This document shows, piece by piece, positions 38,552 to 49,500 of a DNA stretch of 64,000 nt; positions within the stretch are counted from its first letter, which is position 1; each line of letters opens with the position of its first letter. This DNA comes from an uncultured bacterium. Lineage in GTDB: Bacteria > Planctomycetota > UBA1135 > GCA-002686595. The notes below the pieces were generated by a model. The model did not search any database and was not told where the DNA came from. It worked only from the letters and a program-made list of their open reading frames with translations. A program made the translations under genes and the position numbers. The stretch covers positions 96,001 to 160,000 of the forward strand of contig CALSNU010000003.1 in NCBI GenBank assembly GCA_943787795.1, written 5' to 3'.

Positions 38552-40734
38552 GGCGCGGAGCCGGCGTCGACGGGAGCGTCAACGCGCTGGCCCTTGAGGA
38601 AGAGGATCAGGACCAGGGCCCCTGTCCCCAGGGCGAGGGAGAGCACGGGGGAGACGTCGAGGAAGGTCACGGGGAAGTACCCGATGCCGAGGGCCACCAA
38701 CATGGTGAGGATGGCGTAGGGGGCCTGGGTTCTGACGTGATCGATGTGATCCGACGCGCAGGCGATGGACGACATCACGGTGGTGTCCGAGATGGGGGAG
38801 CAGTGGTCTCCAAAGATCGCCCCCTCGAGGACGGCGCCGATGCAGATCACCATCAGGGTCAGGCCGAAGGCGCGCGGGTCGGTGTCCGCAGCGACGCTGG
38901 CGAAGCCGATGTCGTAGCTCAGCCCGATGACCAGCGGCAGGAGGATCGTCATCGTGCTCCAGGAGCTCCCCGTGGAGAACGCGATCACGCCCGCCAGGAG
39001 GAAGAGGATCAGCGGCAGGACCATGTAGGGGATGGCCTCCGAGATGGTCGCGGAGAGGTACTCCGCCGTGCCGAGGTCCTCGCAGGTCTGGCCGACCATC
39101 CAGGCGAGGTAGAGGATGACGACGGCGATGAACATGGCCTTGATGCTATTCGCCGAGGCGCGGAGGACCTCCAGGGGGGGGAGGCCGCGGGTCATGGCGA
39201 TCAGGCTGGCGGAGGCGAAGCCGACGATGGCGCCGACCATCAGGGGGCGGTTGCCGCTCCCCGCATAGAGGATCCCCGTGGCGGCCTCCAGCCACCCGCC
39301 CTCGTGGCCCCCGGCAGCGGCCACGAAGGGGAAGCTGGTGGCCCGCTCGATCAGGCCGATGTCCAGGGCGCCGACCCAGACGATCATGCCCAGCACGGTC
39401 ATCAGGAACAGGGCCAGGGGAATCAGGGCCGTGGACGCCTTCGCCACCGTGCCCTCTGCGGCTTCCAGCTCCGTGGCCGCCTTGCCCACGAGCGGCGTGG
39501 CTCCGTCGCGGAGCACCTTGCCCGCGCGCGCCCGCCGCTCGGCCCGGAGCATGGGCCCGAAGTCCCGACCGGTGAAGACGTTGAACCCGACGAAGATCAG
39601 GGTGAACCAGCAGTAGAAGCGGTACGGGAGGGTCTGGAGGAAGATGGCGTACCCGTCAGACGGCGCCAGCCCGGCGTCGGGGAGCTGCGCGCTGAAGGTG
39701 CTCACCTCGAAGGCGATCCAGGTCGAGAGGATCGACACGCCGGCCACCGGCGCCGCCGTGCTGTCGACGATGTACGCGAGCTTCTCCCGGGCGACCTTGA
39801 AGCGATCCGAGAGCGGCCGCATGGTCGAGCCGACCAGGATGGTGTTCGCGTAGTCGTCGAAGAAGATCGCGAGGCCCATGAACCACGTGGCGATCTGCGT
39901 CTTCCGCGCGTCGCGGGCGAGCCCCGCGATCTGGTTCATGACGCCACGGATGCCTCCCGCGCGCGTGATCACTCCGACCATGGCGAGCATGAAGACGACG
40001 AACAGGATGATCTCGGTGCGCGCGTGGTCCTGAAGCTGCCCCTTGAGGTAGACGGTGACCGTGTCCACCAGGGCGCCTCCGGCGGAGGCCGCCAGCCCGG
40101 CGCCCTCGCCGCTGCGGACGAGAAAGGCCCCGGCGATGACGCCCATGAGCAGGGCAAGCACGGGGCGACGAAAGAGGATCGCCAGGAAGATGGCGACCAG
40201 GGGCGGGAGCAAGGAGCGCTGGGTGATCTCGAGGCGCGGGCCCGCGCGCTCGGAGATTGGCCCTCCGTCGATGCTCGCGGCCAGAGCCCCTTCTCCCTCG
40301 CCAACGCTGAACTCGAAGTTCACCCCGCCCGGAGCGGGCTCCTTTGGGGCGGGCTTCTTCAGGGCGGGGATCTCGATGGCGAGCCTCTCGTCGGCGACGA
40401 TCGACCTGAGCTTGCGGATCAGCGAGCTACCTGCGGTGCGGTCCCAGTTGGGGTCAAACCCCTCGCCTTCCCGCAAGACGTCGCTCAGCACCCGAGTGCC
40501 CCCGATGAGCAGCCGTCTGGTCGGCTTGCCGTCCTCCCCTGAGACCTCGACCACGGCCTCGCTCTCCAGGACGTCCTGCCACATGGCGCGCGGCTCACCG
40601 TCGGGCCCGTCGACCGTCAGAAGGAGGAAGTCGCCGGCCTGCTTGGCGCCCAGGAGCGTGGGGCTGGCCCCGTCGGCGGTGAACAGGAGGGCCGCGAGAG
40701 CGGCGAAGACGAGGAGGGAGGCGGCCCGGATCAT
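38548..40734 (-). CDS. Na+/H+ antiporter NhaC-family protein with N-terminal extracytoplasmic extension
   Basis: IFFDDYAN, REKLAYIVDSTAAP, GRDFGPM, FSTGSSW, GAIFGDHCSPISDTT, HIDHVRTQAPYA. Confidence 0.9.
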   Translation of the reverse strand: MIRAASLLVFAALAALLFTADGASPTLLGAKQAGDFLLLTVDGPDGEPRAMWQDVLESEAVVEVSGEDGKPTRRLLIGGTRVLSDVLREGEGFDPNWDRTAGSSLIRKLRSIVADERLAIEIPALKKPAPKEPAPGGVNFEFSVGEGEGALAASIDGGPISERAGPRLEITQRSLLPPLVAIFLAILFRRPVLALLMGVIAGAFLVRSGEGAGLAASAGGALVDTVTVYLKGQLQDHARTEIILFVVFMLAMVGVITRAGGIRGVMNQIAGLARDARKTQIATWFMGLAIFFDDYANTILVGSTMRPLSDRFKVAREKLAYIVDSTAAPVAGVSILSTWIAFEVSTFSAQLPDAGLAPSDGYAIFLQTLPYRFYCWFTLIFVGFNVFTGRDFGPMLRAERRARAGKVLRDGATPLVGKAATELEAAEGTVAKASTALIPLALFLMTVLGMIVWVGALDIGLIERATSFPFVAAAGGHEGGWLEAATGILYAGSGNRPLMVGAIVGFASASLIAMTRGLPPLEVLRASANSIKAMFIAVVILYLAWMVGQTCEDLGTAEYLSATISEAIPYMVLPLILFLLAGVIAFSTGSSWSTMTILLPLVIGLSYDIGFASVAADTDPRAFGLTLMVICIGAVLEGAIFGDHCSPISDTTVMSSIACASDHIDHVRTQAPYAILTMLVALGIGYFPVTFLDVSPVLSLALGTGALVLILFLKGQRVDAPVDAGSAP

Positions 40735-40859
40735 GCACGCATCCTAGGGAGCGCCGGTGGGCGGGGCCAACGGCCAGCCGGACGGCTCTGGGATCCGCCC
40801 CGATGAGTTCCCAGGTGGCTCTGGTATGGTTCGGCCTCGAAGACGCCCCCATACCCTCC

Positions 40860-41633
40860 ATGCCCTCCCCCAAACGCCTCCCCCTCCTGCTGGCCCTGGT
40901 GCTGGCCCTCGCGGCTGGCGCCCTTCCCCATTCCGCCGCTCTGGCCCAAGGGCCGGATCAGGGCTCCCCGTTCGTGGACGCGCCGCTGCCCTTCGAGCAG
41001 CTCAAGGCGGCCCCGGATTCCTCCTTCAACATCCTCGTGGCCTCCCTCGGGGTGTTCCTGCTGGTGCCCATCACAGCGGCGGCCTTCATGGCGCTCGCCC
41101 GGCTGCGCAACATGGAGGAGTCCCTCCGTGGGGAGCTCAAGCAGCTGCGAGAGGCCGCGGGAGCGTCCGCCGGTGAGGGCCGCGGCGAGCAGGGCGATCA
41201 GGTCGCGGAGGCGCTCGGGGCCCTCACCCGCGCGCTGGAGGCCAAGGGAGAGACGCAGGCGTCCAGCGAGGCCGACCGGATCATCGCGGCGCTCGGTGAA
41301 CTGCAGGCTGCTCATTCAGCCAGCGCGAAGGCGCAGGCCGATCGTCTACAGGAGGCCCTTGCGTTGATGGCAGCCGGCGGCGCTGTGCAAGGGGAGCGAC
41401 AGGGAGCACCCCACAGCCCGCTCGATGCTGCCCGCGCCTTTCTCGAAGAGCTCGGCTACTCGGACGTCAAGATCGTGACCCCCTCCGAGGCGATCACCCC
41501 GGCGCTCCTCGCCGAGGGAGACCTCGTCGTGGAGGCGCGCCGCGAAGGCGCGACCCACAAGGGCCGGGTCCGCTTCGAGGGCGGCGCCCCCGCCGACGCT
41601 CAGCTCAAGGGGGGTCACGGGATGTTCCCCTGA
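40860..41633 (+). CDS. Hypothetical membrane protein (signal/TM, coiled coil, small C-terminal alpha/beta domain)
   Basis: Hydrophobic LLLALVLALAA, second TM, coiled region. Start 40803 or 40860. Confidence 0.6.
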   Translation: MPSPKRLPLLLALVLALAAGALPHSAALAQGPDQGSPFVDAPLPFEQLKAAPDSSFNILVASLGVFLLVPITAAAFMALARLRNMEESLRGELKQLREAAGASAGEGRGEQGDQVAEALGALTRALEAKGETQASSEADRIIAALGELQAAHSASAKAQADRLQEALALMAAGGAVQGERQGAPHSPLDAARAFLEELGYSDVKIVTPSEAITPALLAEGDLVVEARREGATHKGRVRFEGGAPADAQLKGGHGMFP

Positions 41634-41688
41634 CCTCACCGCCACCCTCTTCGACCGTCCTCCCCGCGCAACGCGACACCACAAGCCC

Positions 41689-43002
41689 ATGTCCGCACCT
41701 TCCATGCCCGTCGTCACGATCGAAGACCTCAGCCAGCACGTCGGCGCCACCGTCGAGCTCCGCGGCTGGGTCCACAATCGGACCTCGAAGGGGAAGCTCC
41801 ACTTCGTGATCCTCCGGGACGGCACCGGCTTCGTGCAGTGCGTGCTGAAGAAGAACGTCGTGGGCGACGAGCTCTTCGAGGAGATCGGGCGCGCGAGTCA
41901 GGAGTCGAGCCTCACGCTCCAGGGCGAGGTGCGCGCGGACGACCGCGCCCCCGGTGGGTTCGAGATCTCGGTGGTGGGGGGCGAGGTCCTCCAGTCCGCC
42001 AGCGAGTACCCGATCTCGCCGAAGGAGCACGGCGCGGACTTCCTCCTGTCGCGCCGCCACCTGTGGCTCCGCTCCAAGCGCCAGTGGGCGATCATCCGGA
42101 TCCGCAGCGCGGTGGAGTTCGCCCTGCGCCGCTTCTTCGACGAGCGCGGCTTCCTGTGCGTGGACTCGCCGATCTTCACGCCCTCGGCCTGTGAGGGGAC
42201 GAGCACCCTCTTCGAGGTGGACTACTTCGGGGACGAGAAGGCCTACCTGACCCAGTCCGGTCAGCTGTACGCCGAGGCCACGGCCATGGCCTTCGGCAAG
42301 GTCTACACCTTCGGCCCCACGTTCCGCGCGGAGAAGAGCAAGACGCGCCGCCACCTGACCGAGTTCTGGATGCTCGAGCCCGAGATGGCCTACGCCACGC
42401 TCGAGGACGTGATTCAGCTCTCCGAGGACATGGTCGTGGCCGTGGTCAAGGAGGTGCTCGAGCGCCGCCGCACGGAGCTCGAGACCCTTGAGCGCGACAT
42501 CTCCAAGCTCGAGGCCTGCACGGGCGGCTTCCCCAGGATCACGTACGACGACGCGTCGAAGATCCTGCTCGAGCACCCCGACTCCGAGTTTGTGGAGGGC
42601 GACGACTTCGGCGCGCCCGACGAGACCCTGCTCGCGGCCATGCACGATCAGCCGCTGGTGATCACCCACTACCCCAAGGACGTCAAGGCCTTCTACATGA
42701 AGGAGGCGCCGGACGATCCCACGCGCGTCCTCGCCATGGACGTCATCGGGCCAGAGGGCGCGGGTGAACTGATCGGTGGCAGCCAGCGCGAGGAGAACCT
42801 CGACGTGCTCCTCGAGGCGATCGCCAAGCACGAGCTCCCCATGGAGGAGTTCGAGTGGTACCTGGACCTGCGCCGCTTCGGCTCCGTGCCCCACGCAGGC
42901 TTCGGCCTCGGCCTCGAGCGCCTGGTGCGCTGGATCACGGGCATCGAGCACATCCGCGAGGCGTCACCGTTCCCGCGGATGATGACGCGCATCCGGCCCT
43001 GA
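41689..43002 (+). CDS. asnS: Asparagine--tRNA ligase
   Basis: LRGWVHN, LRDGTG, RHLWLRS, ACEGTSTLF, YLTQSGQLY, FGPTFRAEKSKTRRHLTEFWM, GELIGGSQRE, WYLDLRRFGSVPHAGFGLGLER. Confidence 0.95.
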   Translation: MSAPSMPVVTIEDLSQHVGATVELRGWVHNRTSKGKLHFVILRDGTGFVQCVLKKNVVGDELFEEIGRASQESSLTLQGEVRADDRAPGGFEISVVGGEVLQSASEYPISPKEHGADFLLSRRHLWLRSKRQWAIIRIRSAVEFALRRFFDERGFLCVDSPIFTPSACEGTSTLFEVDYFGDEKAYLTQSGQLYAEATAMAFGKVYTFGPTFRAEKSKTRRHLTEFWMLEPEMAYATLEDVIQLSEDMVVAVVKEVLERRRTELETLERDISKLEACTGGFPRITYDDASKILLEHPDSEFVEGDDFGAPDETLLAAMHDQPLVITHYPKDVKAFYMKEAPDDPTRVLAMDVIGPEGAGELIGGSQREENLDVLLEAIAKHELPMEEFEWYLDLRRFGSVPHAGFGLGLERLVRWITGIEHIREASPFPRMMTRIRP

Positions 43003-43073
43003 GCGGGCGCGCGCCTGCTGCTTGTGGGCCGGCCGGGCCTGCCCACACCGTCGCGTGCCGCTTCGGGGCTCGC

Positions 43074-43976
43074 TCAGTCGGCCATCAGGATCGACTCAAG
43101 CCGGTCGGCTTCGGCCATCTGGTGGGCCCATGAGCCGTCCGGCCGGAAGCGCAGCACGGCGTCCTCGCCGGCCCCCGCGGTGATGGCCCCGTTGGAGGAC
43201 CGCCACTCGGTCAGGGCGGCGGCCGCCCGGGTCATGGACTCCGCGGCGCGGGTCTTCGACCAGGCGAGGGTGGTGATCCGGTTCCAGGTCCTGGGGCTCT
43301 TGGCCTCATCGGGCGTCTCGGCGCGGAGCACGCTCAGCAGGAACGCTGCGGCTCGCTGCCGAGCCGCACGAGTGCGCTCGTCCTCGGGAGCGATCATGCC
43401 CTCCTCCGGGGCCCTGCTCGCGCTGACGTCAATCCAGCCGACGTTGCGCTCCAGGACCACCGCGGCGCACTCGGTGCGCACGGCGAGGACGGGGTGAGGG
43501 TCCTCGCCCGCGGCGAGCTCGAGCAGGCGGTCTGTGACGTTGGCGAGGGTCGCGCGCCGATCGAGCGCGCGGGCGGCGACCACGTCCGCACCCACGTCGC
43601 CGCGGACGTCGGTGGTGTGGCGAGCCTCGAGGCGCGTGAGCAGGAGCGCGGCGATCTCGACCTCGGAGAGGGCGGCATTCCCTGGGTCGAGGGGGGCGCG
43701 ATCAAGCGCGGCGCCGAGGAGCACTGCGGCGCGGGTCGAGGTGGTGGGGTCGCCCTCCTCGAGCAGGCGCGCTAGCTCCGCGCACTCCGCCTCGCCCAGG
43801 CCGGCCTCGACATGCTCGAGGGCGAAGTCAGGGAAGGCGGCGGCCGAGACGGTCTGCCAGGTCACCGCGTCGTCCTCTGTGCGTGTCCACGCGAGGGTCG
43901 TCGCGGCAGCGGCGCTGAGCAGGAGCGCCAGGTGCCCGAAGTGGAGGGACTGACGCTTGGGGGGGAGGGCGGGCAT
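43074..43976 (-). CDS. Hypothetical membrane-anchored helical-repeat protein
   Basis: N-terminal TM, Ala/Leu-rich HEAT-like helices; starts 3 bp after the upstream stop. Confidence 0.55.
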   Translation of the reverse strand: MPALPPKRQSLHFGHLALLLSAAAATTLAWTRTEDDAVTWQTVSAAAFPDFALEHVEAGLGEAECAELARLLEEGDPTTSTRAAVLLGAALDRAPLDPGNAALSEVEIAALLLTRLEARHTTDVRGDVGADVVAARALDRRATLANVTDRLLELAAGEDPHPVLAVRTECAAVVLERNVGWIDVSASRAPEEGMIAPEDERTRAARQRAAAFLLSVLRAETPDEAKSPRTWNRITTLAWSKTRAAESMTRAAAALTEWRSSNGAITAGAGEDAVLRFRPDGSWAHQMAEADRLESILMAD

Positions 43977-43979
43977 GGG

Positions 43980-45107
43980 TCAGATGAGCGAGCGGAGGAT
44001 CGGCTCGAGGGCGTCAGCGTAGCGAACCATCCCGAGATCCGTGGGGTGTGACCCATCGACGGTCGCCTCGCCGTCCGCGCCCAGAAAGGGGGCATCTTGA
44101 ACATAGGTCAGGCCGCGGACGCCGGAGGCGGTGAGCTGGTCGAAGGCGGCGCGGAAGGCCGCGTGGTTGTCCGCGTGGTGTCGCGCCCGGCCCGGCAGGA
44201 AGCCTGCGTTCGCGTTGACCCGGTCCTCGACCATGACGACCGGGGTGCTTGGCCGCTTGGCCCGCAACGCCCGGACGAAGGGTTCGGTGCGCTCGGCCAC
44301 CTGACGGGGGCCAAGGTTCGGGAGGCAGTCGAGGACGTAGGCGCTGGCGTCTACCTCGGCGAGCAGCGCGGCGAGCTCCATCTCGAGCCGCCCATTGCCG
44401 CTGAAGCCGAGGTTCAGCACCGGCACGTCGAGGCGGCGGCCGAGGATGTTGACGAAGGACATCCCGGGGCGCGACGCGCACGCGCCGTGGGCGATGGACG
44501 TGCCGTAGTAGACGAGGGGCGGCGTCTCCCGCGGGGCGACGGGCGTGAGCTCGACGCCCTCGGGGACTGCGACGCGCACCGAGGTCGCGCCGTTGTAGAG
44601 GGGGAGGTAGAGGCGGTAGGTCCGAGGGATCGGGGAGAGCCCCTTCACCTCGGCGGCGTAGGACTGGGAGCTCGGCCGCGGGCAGAAGACCCACCGCCAC
44701 GGGCCGTCGCCCTCGCGGGCGTAGAGGTCGACGCCGCTGACCCCGGTGGCGGGCATGTGCGGGAGGGCGAGGCGTGCCTCGGAGAGGTCGACCTCGAAGC
44801 GCAGCGCAGGCGTGGCCGCGTTGAACGTGACGAACATCCCGCTGGTCTGGGTCGAGAGGCGCCACACCGGATCGCGGACCAGCTCCTGGGCGCGCGCGGG
44901 CAGCCGATGGTACGGAGCCGCCACGTCCTCCCAGCCGCGCCCCTCGAGGCCGAGCTCGTGGGCTTCGTGGCGGACCCAGCCGTCGGGCGCTGGGGCGGCG
45001 GGCTTCGGCTCCTGGGGCGTGGCGGGGGAGCGGGCCTCGGCCGGCCGCGTGCCCAGCACGGCGGCGCCGAGGCCGGCGGCGAGGAGGTCTCTGCGCGCGA
45101 TGTTCAT
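43980..45107 (-). CDS. Tat-exported SGNH/GDSL hydrolase with GxDLY N-terminal domain
   Basis: MNIARRDLL twin-arginine signal, SGVDLY, YGTSIAHG, NLGFSGNG, DCLPN, DGSHP. Confidence 0.88.
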   Translation of the reverse strand: MNIARRDLLAAGLGAAVLGTRPAEARSPATPQEPKPAAPAPDGWVRHEAHELGLEGRGWEDVAAPYHRLPARAQELVRDPVWRLSTQTSGMFVTFNAATPALRFEVDLSEARLALPHMPATGVSGVDLYAREGDGPWRWVFCPRPSSQSYAAEVKGLSPIPRTYRLYLPLYNGATSVRVAVPEGVELTPVAPRETPPLVYYGTSIAHGACASRPGMSFVNILGRRLDVPVLNLGFSGNGRLEMELAALLAEVDASAYVLDCLPNLGPRQVAERTEPFVRALRAKRPSTPVVMVEDRVNANAGFLPGRARHHADNHAAFRAAFDQLTASGVRGLTYVQDAPFLGADGEATVDGSHPTDLGMVRYADALEPILRSLI

Positions 45108-45152
45108 GGCTCCAGGGTACCGTGCAGGGCCCCGCGCCCCGCTGCAACAACG

Positions 45153-46547
45153 ATGACGACCCCCCACCTCGCTGCGTTCCTCGCCATGCTCGCCCTCGGA
45201 TGTGCCTCCCCGGTGACGACGGAGGTCGCCCCGGCGGGTGAGGCCCCCCCGAACGTCGTCCTCTTCTTCACGGACGACCAGGGGTACGGGGACCTCGGCT
45301 GCTTCGGTCACCCGACGATCGCGACGCCGCATATCGACGGGCTGGCGAAGGACGGCCTCAAGCTCACCCAGTTCTACGTGGCGAGCCCCGTCTGCTCGCC
45401 GTCCCGGGCCGCGCTGCTCACCGGGTGCTATCCCAAGCGAATCGGCATGGAGCGGCACGTGGTCTTCCCCGCCGACCAGTGGGGGCTCAACCCCGAGGAG
45501 GAGACCCTGGCCGAGCTCCTCCGCGAGCGCGGCTTCGCCACGGGTTGCTTCGGCAAGTGGCACCTCGGTCACTGCGAGGGGCTGCTACCGACCGACCAGG
45601 GGTTCGACCGCTTCGCAGGGGTGCCGTACTCCAACGACATGGCGCAGTTCCACCGCAAGGGCGGCACGAAGTATCGCTTCCGCCTCCCCTGGATGGAGGG
45701 GACGGAGGTCCTCGAGTGGGAGCCCGACCAGGCCATGCTCACGCGGCGGCAGACCGACGCCGCGCTTGAATTCATCCGCGGAGCGGGGGAGGACGAGCCG
45801 TTCTTCGCCTACGTCCCCTTCTCCATGCCGCACATCCCCATCTACGCGTCCGAGGACTTCGAGGGGGAGAGCCGGCGCGGGCTCTATGGAGACGTCATCG
45901 AGGAGATCGATGCCGGCGTTGGCCGTGTGCTCGATGAGCTTGAGACGCGTGGCCTCCGGGAGAATACGCTCGTGATCTTCACCTCCGACAACGGGCCCTG
46001 GCTGCCCTACGGTCTCGAGGGGGGCTCGGCGGGCCTGCTGCGGGACGGCAAGGGGACCAACTGGGAGGGGGGGCAGCGGGTCCCCTGCGTCATGAGCTGG
46101 CCGGCGCGGCTGCCGGCGGGGGTGACCCTGCGGACGCCGATGAACACCATGGACCTGCTCCCGACAATCGCGGGCTGGACGGGCGCGCCGCTCCCGGTGC
46201 GCGAGATCGACGGTGTGGATGTGGGCGCGGTTCTTGAGGGTGACCCGGCGGCCGCAGCAGCGATCGAGGAGCGCCCCTTCGTCTACTTCACGCTGCGTGG
46301 GGCTCTGGCCGGGGTTCGACGGGGCCCATGGAAGCTCAAGCTCCCCGAGCTGATGCTCTTCGACGTGGAGACCGATCCCTCGGAGACCAAGGACAAGGCG
46401 GAGCAGGAGCCCGCGATCGTCGCCGAGCTACATGTCCTCGCCCGCGAGCTCGCGGGCGGTATCGAGAGCGCCGCTCGGCCTCGCGGGGAAGGGGCCACGC
46501 GGGTCTTCGACCCCGAACGCCCCGCTCCGAGCACTGAGGCGCCGTGA
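45153..46547 (+). CDS. Formylglycine-dependent sulfatase (S1 family), probable lipoprotein
   Basis: LALGC lipobox, PNVVLFFTDDQGYGD, CSPSRAALLTG, GKWHLG, YSNDM, TSDNGP, EGGQRVP, DPSE. Confidence 0.93.
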   Translation: MTTPHLAAFLAMLALGCASPVTTEVAPAGEAPPNVVLFFTDDQGYGDLGCFGHPTIATPHIDGLAKDGLKLTQFYVASPVCSPSRAALLTGCYPKRIGMERHVVFPADQWGLNPEEETLAELLRERGFATGCFGKWHLGHCEGLLPTDQGFDRFAGVPYSNDMAQFHRKGGTKYRFRLPWMEGTEVLEWEPDQAMLTRRQTDAALEFIRGAGEDEPFFAYVPFSMPHIPIYASEDFEGESRRGLYGDVIEEIDAGVGRVLDELETRGLRENTLVIFTSDNGPWLPYGLEGGSAGLLRDGKGTNWEGGQRVPCVMSWPARLPAGVTLRTPMNTMDLLPTIAGWTGAPLPVREIDGVDVGAVLEGDPAAAAAIEERPFVYFTLRGALAGVRRGPWKLKLPELMLFDVETDPSETKDKAEQEPAIVAELHVLARELAGGIESAARPRGEGATRVFDPERPAPSTEAP

Positions 46548-46548
46548 C

Positions 46549-49500
46549 CTAGCGCTTGGTGATCGTGCGCTCGGTGTTCGGCGGCAGGAAGGCGCGGAGC
46601 CCGAAGCCGTCGGAGATCCAGAGGACCGGCGGGTCGCCCTTGATCGAGGGGGCCTCCCAGGCGACGTAGGACCAGTCGCCTCCTCGGCTGATGAGGAACG
46701 GCTCGTGCCTGCGCGTGTCCTCGGTGATCCGGTACCACTCGTCCTCGACCTGGACAGACCAGCCGCTTCCATCGGCCGTGGTGCTGCGGAGGGCGTCGTT
46801 CTCGCTGCCCGAAGGGCGCTGGACGTTGAAGAGGCCCTCGAAGCCGTGCCGAAGGGAGTCATCGAGGCCGCTCAAGCCTTCAACGATGCTGTACTTGGGC
46901 ATCAGGCTGGAGGTCCAGGAGGCCAAGATGCCGCCTTTCTCGCTGGCGTCGCCCTTCAGTAGGACCAGGGCCTCGTCGCCGATCACGACGGGGCCCAGCA
47001 GGGGAGCGGCGTTGAGCGGGAGCGGGCCGCGGAGGGTGCCCTCATTGGGGTCGAGGATCCAGGCGCTGCCCCCTTCCGTGATGAAGAGCTGGCTTCCTTG
47101 CAGCCCGGGCATGGTCACCGGACGCCGGGCGATCCCCGAGACGTCACTGATGTTGGTTTGCCAGCGCACCTTGCCGCCCCAGGCCATGCTCGCGATCGCC
47201 CCCTTGCGGTCGCAGATGATGTACTCGCCGGTCGTCCCGTCACCGATGGGCGCCGGGACGGCGTCCACGCGACCCGTACCGACCTGGAAATGGACGGCTG
47301 GCGTGCGGGACAGTGCAACGTGGAGGTCCTGGGGGCCGGCTACAGCGATCACGCGCGAGTCAAAACCCTCCAGATCAAACCGGAGCGTCCAAGCGTCGGC
47401 GAAGGTGCCCTCCAGAGCAAACGGGGCCACGAACTGCGCGCTGTCTTCCGGCCGATCCCCGCGGCGCTCCACCGTGACGCGGACGCCCGGCGGCGTCGTC
47501 TCGATCCTCCAGGGGAGCATGATGCGCTCGGCGTCTTCGAACGTCCCGTCGAGGATCTCCAGAGCAAAGACGTGGTCCCCGCGGGCCGCGGCCTCGCGCG
47601 CCTGGTCCGCTGCATCGAGCTTGCGGCGCGTGAACGCGACCTCCTTCTCAAGGACTCTCCGGACCTTACCGGCCGGGTCGTTCTCGAGGATCTGTTCGTA
47701 GTACTTGAGAGCGCTCCCGAAGTCTGATCGCGCGAGAGCCTCATGCGCGAGCGCGAGAAACTCATCGTTCTCCCTGAGGATCCGGGCGTGCTCTGCCTCT
47801 AGCTGGTCCACGGAGCGTGTCCGTTCCCTGTTGGTGATCTCCTCGGTCAAGGAGGCCAGCTCCGAGAGGAAGCCGGCGAGCATGGGGGAGGTGAGTTCCT
47901 CCTCCGAGAGGGCGTCCTGAAGGGACTCGACCCCCTCGGAGACCTGCTGCTCCACGGTGATCTGTCGCGGGGCGTGGATCGTGGGCGGGCCCAGGGACGT
48001 GATCTGAGTCTTGAGTCGCTCCGAGATCGAGCCGAGGATCTCGGAACCGCTCCTCCACGGACGGCTGAGCACCCGGAGCGCCGGCGGGTCAGGGAGCTCG
48101 CGGTACATGTCGAGGGCCACGAGCAGGTCACCCTCCACGGCCTCGTTGCGGGCGCGGTCGAAGGTGCCGTCCCACTCTTCGGTGAGGATCGTCTCCTCCT
48201 TCCGGAGCTGGTCCTCGAGCTTCATGCGGAGGTCCAGGACCTCGACCGAGAGGTCGGTCCGGAAGCGCTGGTCCAGGCGTTCAAGGGCCTCGCCGGGGCG
48301 GTCGACCATGCTGCTGATCGCCTCGATCTCCCCGCGCCGCTCCTCGCTGGAGCGGAGCTTGGAGACCCCCATGGTCGCGAAGGTGAGGAGGACGGCGGCC
48401 CCCGACGGCCGCCTGCCGGCGGACCTTCTTGGAGCGAGTGGAGCGGCGCCGTGCCCGGGTCAGGAGCTCGCGTGCCTCCCGGTTCCGCGGGTCGTGATCG
48501 AGGAGGGAGCGCAGCGGCGTGAGGAGCCGATCCGCGTGCCCTTGGGCGAGCATGTCGGTGCAAGCTGTCAGGATCCACGGAGCGGCGTCCGGGACCCGGC
48601 TGGCGCCGAGCAGGCCGAGCCCGAGCTCCAGGCGCTCCGAGACCAGCGCTGGCTGGAGGTGAGCGGCGATGGCCAGGGCGGGGCCGCTGCACACGGGGGA
48701 GTGGTGGTCCCGCAGGTCCCGTGCCAGGTCGAGAGCCTCCCGGGGCTCCATGCCGCAGGCGTCGCCCTCATCACGCAGGCGGGCAGCGGAGAGGTGCAGG
48801 CGCACGATCCTGTCGCTCGGACTGATGCGATGAGCCTCGGTCCAGTGCACGACGGCGTGGGAGGGACTCTCGAGCGTGGCGTCGATTCGGCGCAGGAGCG
48901 TCCGCACATCCCGCATCTCCATCGCCCGCAGGGTCGAGATCAAGCGGCCCGCGAGCCACTCGTTGGTCAGCGCGTCGGCGTCGGCTGGAATCAACGGGCC
49001 GGGCGAGCCATTGCGGCACCAGACGGAGAGCCTGTTGGCGGCCCGTGAGAACTCGGCTCGCTGCATCTCCTGGAGAGCGACGTGGAGCTGCTCGATCGGA
49101 TGGGCGAAGCGGAGGCCCCCCGCGTTGATGCCCTTCAGGAGCCCGAGCTGGACCTGGCGCAGGGGCTGGGCGAGGCGATCCGCGATCTCCTGGACGGTGG
49201 AGGACCCGTCGCACTCTTGCTGCAACGCCGCGGGCATCTGCCCCAGGTCTTGCTGGGAGGTGATGCAGGGGGTGTTGGCTCGGTCCGGGAGCTTCGGCGA
49301 GTGCGCGAGCTCGACCTCGTCTGCGATCCGGGCGTACTCGAGGAGCAGGAACTCGACCTGGGTGGGCGAGCAGTGCACGCGACTCTTCAGCTGGCTCTCG
49401 GGATCGAGGACCGTGGTCCGCTCGCCGATGCTCCCTGGGTTGAAGCGGAAGTGCACCCCGCCGCCATCCAGGAGGGCGTAGAGCGTCTCCAGTCGTCCGG

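Noticed and set aside
44097..45152. Apparent N-terminal extension making an 816-aa sulfatase (and the 530-aa version of the SGNH ORF)
   Set aside because: Each extension is antisense to the neighbouring gene; the export signals begin at 45153 (+) and 45107 (-).
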